From positions 1,262-46,571 of the forward strand of contig CAZSQB010000002.1 in the NCBI GenBank assembly GCA_964608945.1: a DNA stretch of 45,310 nt, given 5' to 3'. This stretch comes from an uncultured Gammaproteobacteria bacterium. Lineage in GTDB: Bacteria; Patescibacteriota; Microgenomatia; Levybacterales; UBA12049. Positions within the stretch are counted from its first letter, which is position 1. Every line of letters begins with the position of its first letter. The notes beneath the pieces are model-generated. The model was not told where the DNA came from, ran no database searches, and worked only from the letters and a program-made list of their open reading frames with translations. The translations under genes and the position numbers were made by a program. Positions 34,839 through 42,673 of this stretch are shown in pieces.

Positions 34839-36116
34839 ATGAAGAGCACATTTCGTAAAAAAAAGATTACTGTGATAGGAATAGGAAGAGTAGGCTTGCC
34901 GTTCGCGCTCGTTCTTTCACACGCTGGTTATACTGTGTATGGAATCGGAAGAGATGAGACAAAAATCGCCGAAATCAGCAAAGGAAAAATGCCCTTTCAA
35001 GAAGAGGGAGCAGAACCTCTTTTAAAAAAACTTGCTACGAAACGCTTCTTTCCCACTATAGATTATTCGGTAATAAAAAAAAGTGATTTTATCATTTTAA
35101 CTCTGGGTACGCCAATTGATGAAAACATGAATCCCGTTTATGACCAGATTGACGAGTCTTTGAAAAAGGCTCAAGAGTTTTTCAGACCAGGCCAGACACT
35201 GATACTGCGAAGCACCGTTTCCCCAAGGACAACGCAATACGTACAATCGGCTATTGACGAAATTCAGGGATTGCAAGTTGGAAAAAATTTCTTCCTAGCC
35301 TTTTGTCCCGAAAGGATTGCTGAAGGTAAGTCAATAGAAGAAATGAAAACAATTCCTCAGATAATAGGCGGTGTCGATAGAAAAAGCGTAAATAAAGCAG
35401 AGGAATTGTTTAAATCGCTTGGTATTACAACTCTTTTAACTGACGATGTCTCTGCCGAGCTTGCAAAGCTTTTTACAAATATGTATCGGTATATTAATTT
35501 TGCTATTGCAAATGAGTTCATGGTCCTCGCACAAAATTATCATCGTGATATTTATAGAATTGTTGAATTAGTGAACTATAACTATAAACGCGGAGGATTG
35601 GCAATTCCGGGTTTGACCGGCGGGCCGTGCCTCTTCAAAGATGGTTTTTTTCTTATCGCAGATTTACCCTTTCAGGATTTAATTTCAACAAGCTGGAAAA
35701 TTAATGAATCTATACCATTATTTCTTATAAAAATAATACGCGAAAGGATGAGATTGAAAGGTAAAAAAGCAGTCATTCTCGGACTTTCGTTTAAAGCTGG
35801 CATTGACGATATTCGCGAGGCACTAAGTTTTAAGGTGAGAAAGGCACTACTTCGTGAACGTGCAGAGGTTGTGTTGCATGATCCATACGTACGAGAGTAT
35901 GTGAATCAATCTGTTGAGAAGGACATATATAAAGCGCTTGAAGACGCCGACTTAATTTTTATTGCAACGAATCACAAATTGTATACATCACTCGATATGA
36001 AGAAAGTAAAAGAGAAAGTGAAGAAAAATTGTATGGTTTGTGATGTATGGAATGTCTGGGGAACCGGAAAGATTGTGTATAAGCTGAATTACCTTAATAA
36101 AGAAAACGGAGAGTGA
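34839..36116 (+). CDS. Nucleotide-sugar 6-dehydrogenase (UDP-glucose/GDP-mannose dehydrogenase family), copy 1
   Basis: An N-terminal Rossmann motif (ITVIGIGRVGLPFALVL), FCPERIAEG, the catalytic Cys motif GGPCLFKDG and a C-terminal ILGLSFKAGIDDIREA are present. Confidence 0.85.
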   Translation: MKSTFRKKKITVIGIGRVGLPFALVLSHAGYTVYGIGRDETKIAEISKGKMPFQEEGAEPLLKKLATKRFFPTIDYSVIKKSDFIILTLGTPIDENMNPVYDQIDESLKKAQEFFRPGQTLILRSTVSPRTTQYVQSAIDEIQGLQVGKNFFLAFCPERIAEGKSIEEMKTIPQIIGGVDRKSVNKAEELFKSLGITTLLTDDVSAELAKLFTNMYRYINFAIANEFMVLAQNYHRDIYRIVELVNYNYKRGGLAIPGLTGGPCLFKDGFFLIADLPFQDLISTSWKINESIPLFLIKIIRERMRLKGKKAVILGLSFKAGIDDIREALSFKVRKALLRERAEVVLHDPYVREYVNQSVEKDIYKALEDADLIFIATNHKLYTSLDMKKVKEKVKKNCMVCDVWNVWGTGKIVYKLNYLNKENGE

Positions 36117-36122
36117 GTTTGG

Positions 36123-36830
36123 TTATTTTAATCGTAAGCCGGTTTTAATGATTGTCCACAGAAACATAAACCCGTGTTTTAATGGTATAACATTAGAATT
36201 TCCTACGATCCGTTTTTTGAAATGAACGGGAACATCTAAAATCTTATATCCTTTTTGCGCCGCCTTTATTACCTCCTCTGCCTCATAACCATAGTGATCA
36301 ACCTGTATATTAATATCTTTTAATACGTTTGTTTTAAATGCTTTAAACCCTGCTAGCACATCGGTTATCCTCTGTCTGGCAAATAGCGATGTAGCAAGCG
36401 ACAGAAAGAAAATGCCGAATCGCCTAAACTTTGTTACAGCACCGTTATCCACCTTTGAACCGGGTCTGAAGCGTGAGCCAAGTGTTACATCAAAGCCGAT
36501 ACGCAGCGGCTCGATCAGTTTGGGAATGTCGGAAGGCAGAAATTGATAGTCAGCATCTATTTGCACTATGTAGTCACCTGTCGCGTATTTATTTGCCTTT
36601 CTCAACGCAGCCCCCTTGCCTAGCCATTTACCGGCATGAATCACTCTTGCACCTGCCCTTTTTGCTACCTCTGCTGTTTTATCGGTTGTTTTACTGTCCA
36701 AAACAACGAAAACTTCCATTTTATATTGTGTTACATTAAGACACCCTTCGATAGTTCTTCTAATTGTTTTTTCTTCATTCAATGCAGCAGTGAGGATGGT
36801 TACTTTAGGCTTTCTGGTTTTCAGCATCAT
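36123..36830 (-). CDS. ArnC/Dpm1-like GT2, module copy 1
   Basis: Motifs are VTILTAALNEEKTI, GKGAALRKANKYATGDYIVQIDAD, DIPKLIEPL and GYEAEEVIKAAQKGYK. The maximal ORF reaches 37010, but the paralog at 39850-40563 starts about 10 aa before the equivalent KV(S/T)(V/I) strand. ATG 36830 is therefore preferred. Confidence 0.7.
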   Translation of the reverse strand: MMLKTRKPKVTILTAALNEEKTIRRTIEGCLNVTQYKMEVFVVLDSKTTDKTAEVAKRAGARVIHAGKWLGKGAALRKANKYATGDYIVQIDADYQFLPSDIPKLIEPLRIGFDVTLGSRFRPGSKVDNGAVTKFRRFGIFFLSLATSLFARQRITDVLAGFKAFKTNVLKDINIQVDHYGYEAEEVIKAAQKGYKILDVPVHFKKRIVGNSNVIPLKHGFMFLWTIIKTGLRLK

Positions 36831-36870
36831 GTCAGTCTTGTATAATACAGCCATTATAACAAACGAAGTT

Positions 36871-38406
36871 ATGGCCCACAACAAAGAACGCCTTCTTCTT
36901 GTCGCACTTTTCCTCATTGGAATTGCAACACGATTTCCACTCATGGAAAAAATGCAATCGCACTGGGATGGCCCGGATTGGAGTATAGCGATTATACGAT
37001 ATTCATTCATCCAGCATACGCCCTCGCCCCCTGGTTATCCACTCTATATAGCGATTGGTAAATTTCTCTATCTTTTTACACATGATCCTCACAGGGCAAT
37101 TGTAGCGGTCAGCGTTCTATTTAGTGGAATTGGCGCAGTGCTCTTTTATGTCGTTGGCAAACAACTATTTAATAGAACTGTTGGTATTATTGCATCACTT
37201 ATTTTTCTTTCTGCGCCGACTACGTATTTCTTCGGCATAACTGCTAACCCTTATGGTGTACTACCCATAACAGCTGCAGTTCTCGCGTGCGTTGTTTATC
37301 TCATTCTCTTTAAAAAAAGGAACTACGGCTTTTTTCTGGGTATCGTGTTTTCTTTTGCTATTGGTTTCCGGCCACAGGATGCAATATTTTTACTTCCGCT
37401 GTTTGTAATCGGTTTTCTATCGTTAAAAACGAGGGAAAAGTATATTGCGTTGTTTAGTTTTATTCTCTCATTTCTCTTTTGGTTTCTTCCGACAGCATAT
37501 GCAGTTGGCGGAATAAATAATTATACACACTATGTGACGACATTTATGCGAAACGGCACAGCTCCCGATATATCGCTCTCTCGCATTTCATATATCTGGT
37601 TCATACTGCTGCGGGGGCTATACCTCACAATTGGGATAGCTGGTATTTTTTTATTATTTTATTTTAAAAGCTTCTATGATTTTGTTAGACATAGCAACCA
37701 TATATACAGGTCACAGAAGATTAAAAATTTTACTTTCTACGCATTATGGATAGGTCCAGCTCTTTTTTTTAACACGTTTGTCAGAAGCGATCACGCCGCT
37801 CACCAAATGACATACCTGTCAGGTCTTATTTTTTTAGTCTCTTTCGCTATTTGGAAAACAACAAAGAAAAATACAATTATTCTCAGCTTTGTGGTAGTTG
37901 TTGTAGCTCTATTTAATCTCCTTACTTTTTTCAGAGATCGGGATCCTGGGAATAAAAAGCGTTACATTGATCAGTCATATCACCATTCAGAGATTAGGAA
38001 AAACGATATACGCATGAAAGCAAAAATCAATTTTATTGAAAGAAATTATTTACCGAAAGACACTATTATCTTCACTACCCCAACTCTATGGCGACCATAT
38101 ATGTATTATTTTAAAGATTATAAAATATTTGAAATAGACGCATTGGGAACAAAGGATAAGAAATTTGTCGATATTCGGAGAGATGGTCAATATTGGAATA
38201 AAAAAGAATATAAAGAGAGCGTGCATTCAATTGTGGTACCTATGAATACTAAAAATATCATCGTACTAGATGATGATGAACCGTTTAAAATAGTTCATAC
38301 AAAATCAATGGAGTATAGATTAGAAGGGGGGAGTTTAGTATACGTTATTCCTGTTAAGGGAGGAGAGGTATTTTCTTACGACTTGCATTTCTTGAAAAAG
38401 AATTAA
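36871..38406 (+). CDS. Polytopic membrane glycosyltransferase-like protein, DUF2723/TMEM260-like GT-C
   Basis: HWDGPDWS...HTPSPPGYPLYIAIGK is the PPGYPL signature of DUF2723-type proteins. There are about 10 TM segments and a soluble C-terminal domain. ATG 36871 is preferred over 36790, because a TATAAT box lies at 36841-36846. Confidence 0.65.
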   Translation: MAHNKERLLLVALFLIGIATRFPLMEKMQSHWDGPDWSIAIIRYSFIQHTPSPPGYPLYIAIGKFLYLFTHDPHRAIVAVSVLFSGIGAVLFYVVGKQLFNRTVGIIASLIFLSAPTTYFFGITANPYGVLPITAAVLACVVYLILFKKRNYGFFLGIVFSFAIGFRPQDAIFLLPLFVIGFLSLKTREKYIALFSFILSFLFWFLPTAYAVGGINNYTHYVTTFMRNGTAPDISLSRISYIWFILLRGLYLTIGIAGIFLLFYFKSFYDFVRHSNHIYRSQKIKNFTFYALWIGPALFFNTFVRSDHAAHQMTYLSGLIFLVSFAIWKTTKKNTIILSFVVVVVALFNLLTFFRDRDPGNKKRYIDQSYHHSEIRKNDIRMKAKINFIERNYLPKDTIIFTTPTLWRPYMYYFKDYKIFEIDALGTKDKKFVDIRRDGQYWNKKEYKESVHSIVVPMNTKNIIVLDDDEPFKIVHTKSMEYRLEGGSLVYVIPVKGGEVFSYDLHFLKKN

Positions 38407-38529
38407 CTCGTATCAAATGGATTAGGTTTTGCAATAAAAGATAATGGAGAAAGACTGCTGAATCTGATAAAATGCTTTATTGCGTCAAGTCTAATGAAGT
38501 AGTGGATTTATAAATTTATCTTTCTGCAC

Positions 38530-39864
38530 TTGAAATCGGTCCTTCTGAAGCAATCTGACGCTTTAATAGATGTTATATCATTGACCACTGTGAACATCCA
38601 AAAAGAGCTGTTAACAAAAATAAAAACTAAAAAGGCAAATATAGCCGTTATTGGACTCGGATATGTTGGTCTCCCTCTTGCAGTTCTTCTTGCAAAACAG
38701 GGTTTCACGATAAAAGGATATATAAAAACTGCAGAAAAACTGCGGGGTCTACAAAGCGGTATAAGCGGCATATCAGGTTATAACGATGATCTAAAAAAAA
38801 CTTTACGTTCTGGAAGTTTCTCTGCACACAGTATCGCTGATAGTAATCTTGCAGACAATGATATTTATATCATTTGCGTTCCCACTCCACTTAACAAGAA
38901 AAAAAAGCCAGACTTGACAAGCGTACATCAGGTTGCGAAAAGACTTTTTGAAACTGATCTTAAAGGAAAGCTGATTATTAACGAATCGACTGTTGCGCCG
39001 TTTACAACGCGAAGGATTTTTGTCTCTTCTCGAATGAATTATTTCCTCGTTTGTTCTCCTGAAAGAATCGATCCGGGAACAAGATTTGAGACTTCTGAAA
39101 ATATTCCAAAGGTTATCGGAGGAATTGACTCTGAAAGTCTCGAGCTTGGGATTGCACTCTATAGCCAGATTATAAAAAAGAAGCTAGTCATTGTGAGAAA
39201 TATAGAGGTAGCAGAAATGTCTAAAATGCTTGAGAATACATACAGAGCAATTAACATCTCGTTGATAAACGAGTTTGCAAGGTTAGCAGACGCGATTCAT
39301 ATTGATATCATAGACGTCATTGCTGCTGCAAAAACAAAATGGAGCTTTCAAGCGCATTATCCAGGTATCGGAGTTGGAGGGCATTGTATTCCTGTTGATC
39401 CTCATTACGTTCTTGAGCTTGCTCAAAAAAAAAGAGTTAAGATGGATGTCATTACTGAAGCCTTATGGGAAAACGAAAAAATGCCCGAGTATATAGTAGA
39501 CAAAGTTGTTAGGCACTACAAAAAAGGAATGGATGTTTTAGTATACGGACTCACATACAAAAAAGATGTTCCAGATCTTCGCGAAAGTCCTGTTCTTGCA
39601 TTTTGTAAACTACTAAAAAGAAAAAGAATTGATTTCACGGTATACGATCCTTTGCTCCCTCTAAAAACCATTCGAAAATTAGGATTTTCTCCTGTCCATC
39701 TTAAAAAAACAGACATTTTCGTAGTTGGGACAGACCATAAACAGCTTACAAAAGATTATAAATTAGCTGTTGGAAGCAAAACTATCATTATTGACGGAAG
39801 AAATTTTTTTCTAAAGAAAGTCGGGAAAAAGGTAATCGGTGTCGGCAGATCACTTGCCGAATGA
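38530..39864 (+). CDS. Nucleotide-sugar dehydrogenase (UDP-N-acetyl-hexosamine dehydrogenase-like), copy 2
   Basis: Motifs are IAVIGLGYVGLPLAVLLAKQGF, CSPERIDPG, the catalytic Cys motif GGHCIPVDP and VYGLTYKKDVPDLRES. The maximal ORF starts at a TTG, so the true start is uncertain. Confidence 0.85.
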   Translation: MKSVLLKQSDALIDVISLTTVNIQKELLTKIKTKKANIAVIGLGYVGLPLAVLLAKQGFTIKGYIKTAEKLRGLQSGISGISGYNDDLKKTLRSGSFSAHSIADSNLADNDIYIICVPTPLNKKKKPDLTSVHQVAKRLFETDLKGKLIINESTVAPFTTRRIFVSSRMNYFLVCSPERIDPGTRFETSENIPKVIGGIDSESLELGIALYSQIIKKKLVIVRNIEVAEMSKMLENTYRAINISLINEFARLADAIHIDIIDVIAAAKTKWSFQAHYPGIGVGGHCIPVDPHYVLELAQKKRVKMDVITEALWENEKMPEYIVDKVVRHYKKGMDVLVYGLTYKKDVPDLRESPVLAFCKLLKRKRIDFTVYDPLLPLKTIRKLGFSPVHLKKTDIFVVGTDHKQLTKDYKLAVGSKTIIIDGRNFFLKKVGKKVIGVGRSLAE

Positions 39865-40563
39865 TGACTGTATAATTGTTTTGAATACCGATAAGCCGTG
39901 TTTGATCGTCTTGAGATTTGATTTTCCGGTTTGACGCCTTGTGCATGTCACCGTTACATTTTTTAGTTTATATTTTTTCTTTGCTGCCTTTATAACAAGT
40001 TCTGCTTCATATCCAAAATCATTAGTCTTAGGGTTTATGTCAAGAACGACCGTTCTTTTAAATGCTTTGAGCCCGGTCATTACGTCGACAACTTTTCTTC
40101 CAGAAGCGATCGATGCTGAGAAGGAAAGGAAAAAATTCCCATACATTTTGATGAATGATGTAAAGCCGGAATTCAGAATGGAAAACAAATCGTATCGCAC
40201 CCCAATTACCATATCATACCCATCCTTCAAGGGTTCGATCAATTTTGGAATTTCTGAGGCCCTCAGCTGTTTGTCAGCATCAATTTGTACGACGTAGTCA
40301 CCTGTAGCTTCATTGATTCCCGTCCGAAAGGCAGCTCCTTTCCCCTGGTTTTTTTTGTGAATAATTATTTTATGTGCACCGCCTTTTTTTGCTGTAATTG
40401 AAGTACCGTCTTTTGATCCATCGTCGACTACAATAATCTCAAGATTATAGACATTTGATAATGCTTGAACATCTTTAATAACAGAATAGATTGTTTTTGC
40501 CTCGTTGTACGCTGGAATGATTACTGATACTTTTTCCTTTTTCTGGATATCTCTTTTGGCCAT
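39850..40563 (-). CDS. ArnC/Dpm1-like GT2, module copy 2
   Basis: Motifs are VSVIIPAYNEAKTI, IIVVDDGSKDGT, GKGAAFRTGINEATGDYVVQIDAD, EIPKLIEPL and GYEAELVIKAAKKKYK. Its 3' end overlaps the dehydrogenase 3' end by 15 nt (convergent). Confidence 0.85.
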   Translation of the reverse strand: MAKRDIQKKEKVSVIIPAYNEAKTIYSVIKDVQALSNVYNLEIIVVDDGSKDGTSITAKKGGAHKIIIHKKNQGKGAAFRTGINEATGDYVVQIDADKQLRASEIPKLIEPLKDGYDMVIGVRYDLFSILNSGFTSFIKMYGNFFLSFSASIASGRKVVDVMTGLKAFKRTVVLDINPKTNDFGYEAELVIKAAKKKYKLKNVTVTCTRRQTGKSNLKTIKHGLSVFKTIIQSSFGK

Positions 40564-40596
40564 TTCTGTATAATATCAGAATACCTATAATTGTAA

Positions 40597-41079
40597 ATGT
40601 TTTTGATGAAGAAAAAGGGATTGTTTTATTATCTGCTGCTGATATTATTTTTAATATGGATTGGGGTCTCTCTTGCTCGCACATTTTATAATCTTTCAAA
40701 ACTCGGCACCGAGGAGCGGAAGTGGTATTTTTTGACGGATGAAGAAAAGCGGGAAATGCAGTTTGGAGATAAACACCGCTTTTTCCGCTTTGTACAGGCT
40801 CATACAAAAAAAGGATCAAACATTTTGTTTTATACGCGTGATGGTATGGCTTATTATTGGGGGAGGTATTACTTGTATCCGACGACAATCATTTGGGGGG
40901 AAAACCAATATACTATTTGGGGAAACAATATCAATAGGAACTACAACTATGTGATGATTTATCCTCTTAACCGCGGGAAACGGTTAAAAGATGTGTTTTT
41001 CTTTGAGAATATTTCGTATAAAAAACTTGTAGAGTATAAAACAGGAAGCAATGTGAAAGGAGTTATTTACAAAAAATGA
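40597..41079 (+). CDS. Single-pass membrane protein with an aromatic-rich extracytoplasmic domain (hypothetical)
   Basis: An N-terminal TM segment (LFYYLLLILFLIWIGVSLA) is followed by a 125-aa W/Y-rich domain. The stop overlaps the downstream start (ATGA). TATAAT lies at 40586-40591, 5 nt before the ATG. Confidence 0.5.
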   Translation: MFLMKKKGLFYYLLLILFLIWIGVSLARTFYNLSKLGTEERKWYFLTDEEKREMQFGDKHRFFRFVQAHTKKGSNILFYTRDGMAYYWGRYYLYPTTIIWGENQYTIWGNNINRNYNYVMIYPLNRGKRLKDVFFFENISYKKLVEYKTGSNVKGVIYKK

Positions 41080-42410
41080 GCTTCATTCTAATTTTCCTAA
41101 CAATCCTTGTTGTTATCTGGGCCGGGTTTTTGGTAATTGAGTTGTTCGGTTTGATGAAAGAATCGTCTCTTTTTGAAAAACTATCTTTCTCGTGGGGGCT
41201 GGGATTCGGGCTTATTGGTCTTCAACTATTTTTTTATGATCTTTTGAATATGGAGTGGAGTCGACTGAGTATTCTTTTACCATGGATAATTCTTTTTATT
41301 CCGTATATTCGAAAAAACAAACCGTATTTTCCCAAAATGATTCTTCGATTACAACCCAGAGAAAATTTTTTTGCCATACTTATTCTTCTGCTTGTTTTAT
41401 TTGTCGGATTTGAATCTATTCTACGTCCAGTTCAAGCATGGGATGCTTGGGATAATTGGCTGTTCAGGTCAAAAGTGTTTTATTACCACAACACTATTGA
41501 CCAGTATTATTTTCATTATGCCCAAGATGAATATCCTCTTATTATCCCTCTAGTTGGCACCTTTGGGTATATCATGATGGGTCAAATCAATGATAGGCTC
41601 ATCTTGCTCCTTTTTTTTATGTTTTACCTTTGTCTTGGAGGAATTTTTTTCGGAACCGTAAGAAGGCTTTCTAGCACACAAAACGCCCTTTTGTTTACGT
41701 TTCTCTTATTGTCTTTGCAAAATCTCATCCGCCACGGTGGCCGTTTTGAAGCAGGTCAAGCAGACCTCGCGCTTTCTTATTATATTTTCTCAGGAACAAT
41801 TCTTCTTGCATCCTTTATAAAAAAGAAAAGTAAAAAAACAGCAATCCTCTTAAGTGTATTTTTAGGAATTGCAGGACAGATAAAGTATGATGGGATGGCT
41901 TTTATAGTAATAGTTATGCTTGTATTTTTGTTATACGTCGTCAAATGGAAACAATATAGATATGCTTATTTACTATTACCATCTTTTTTGCTACTTATAC
42001 CGTGGAACTTATATAAATTGCTTAATCAGCTTCCAGAAAATTTTCTCTTTCGTTCAGGGATAAACATTCATATAGAGAGGTTTGTGATAGTAATACTTTC
42101 CATGTCAAAAGAATTCTTCAATATCAAAAACTGGAACTTGCTATGGATTGTTTTTTTTGTCAGTTTAATATTCTTCTGGAATAGAGGCAAAAAGGCTAAA
42201 CTTTTTTTAGTTGTTTTATCTCTACAATGGCTATCATACTTTCTTGTTTTTTTAATGACCCCCACCAATCCAGTAACTCATATTGCAAATATTATCGATA
42301 AACTCTATATACATCTTGCACCAATTGCTACTCTTATTATTGCTTTAGTCACTTCCGATATGATGCAGAGATCAAAAGTAAAAATAATTCGAAAATTACA
42401 TAATGATTGA
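41076..42410 (+). CDS. Polytopic membrane protein, putative GT-C-like glycosyltransferase lacking a large soluble domain
   Basis: 444 aa with about 11 hydrophobic segments. An acidic/aromatic loop motif reads RPVQAWDAWDNWLFRSKVFY. Confidence 0.55.
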   Translation: MSFILIFLTILVVIWAGFLVIELFGLMKESSLFEKLSFSWGLGFGLIGLQLFFYDLLNMEWSRLSILLPWIILFIPYIRKNKPYFPKMILRLQPRENFFAILILLLVLFVGFESILRPVQAWDAWDNWLFRSKVFYYHNTIDQYYFHYAQDEYPLIIPLVGTFGYIMMGQINDRLILLLFFMFYLCLGGIFFGTVRRLSSTQNALLFTFLLLSLQNLIRHGGRFEAGQADLALSYYIFSGTILLASFIKKKSKKTAILLSVFLGIAGQIKYDGMAFIVIVMLVFLLYVVKWKQYRYAYLLLPSFLLLIPWNLYKLLNQLPENFLFRSGINIHIERFVIVILSMSKEFFNIKNWNLLWIVFFVSLIFFWNRGKKAKLFLVVLSLQWLSYFLVFLMTPTNPVTHIANIIDKLYIHLAPIATLIIALVTSDMMQRSKVKIIRKLHND

Positions 42411-42672
42411 GTATCGGGGATTTGAAACGCTTGAGGTATTGGAAGGGGCTGATAGGTATAATGGTTGGATTGCTGAGAAAATATCGTATTTTAACTTCCT
42501 TGGGCTGTTGAGTTGGATGGTTCGTGATAAGTTTGAAAGAAAAAACTTTCATCTTAAACCATACCAAATAGCGGCGTTTGATATGGTTGTTCCAATATTA
42601 AAAAGAGTAGAGAAGTATATCAGAATACCACTTGGAATATCCCTTGTTGCCATTGCACGAAAGAAAGGGTAG
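42403..42672 (+). pseudogene. Core-deleted remnant of a class I SAM methyltransferase (intact 89-aa ORF)
   Basis: The N-terminal part (FETLEVLEGADRYNGWIAEKI) and the C-terminal part (LGLLSWMVRDKFERKNFHLKPYQIAAFDMVVPILKRVEKYIRIPLGISLVAIARK) match the flanks of methyltransferases common in such glycan loci. The GxGxG SAM-binding core between them is missing. Confidence 0.45.
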
Positions 42673-42673
42673 C

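Noticed and set aside
40475-40888. A 137-aa minus-strand ORF spanning the GT2 start and the small membrane gene.
   Set aside because: It overlaps two better-supported genes and the bidirectional promoter region, and its sequence has low information content.
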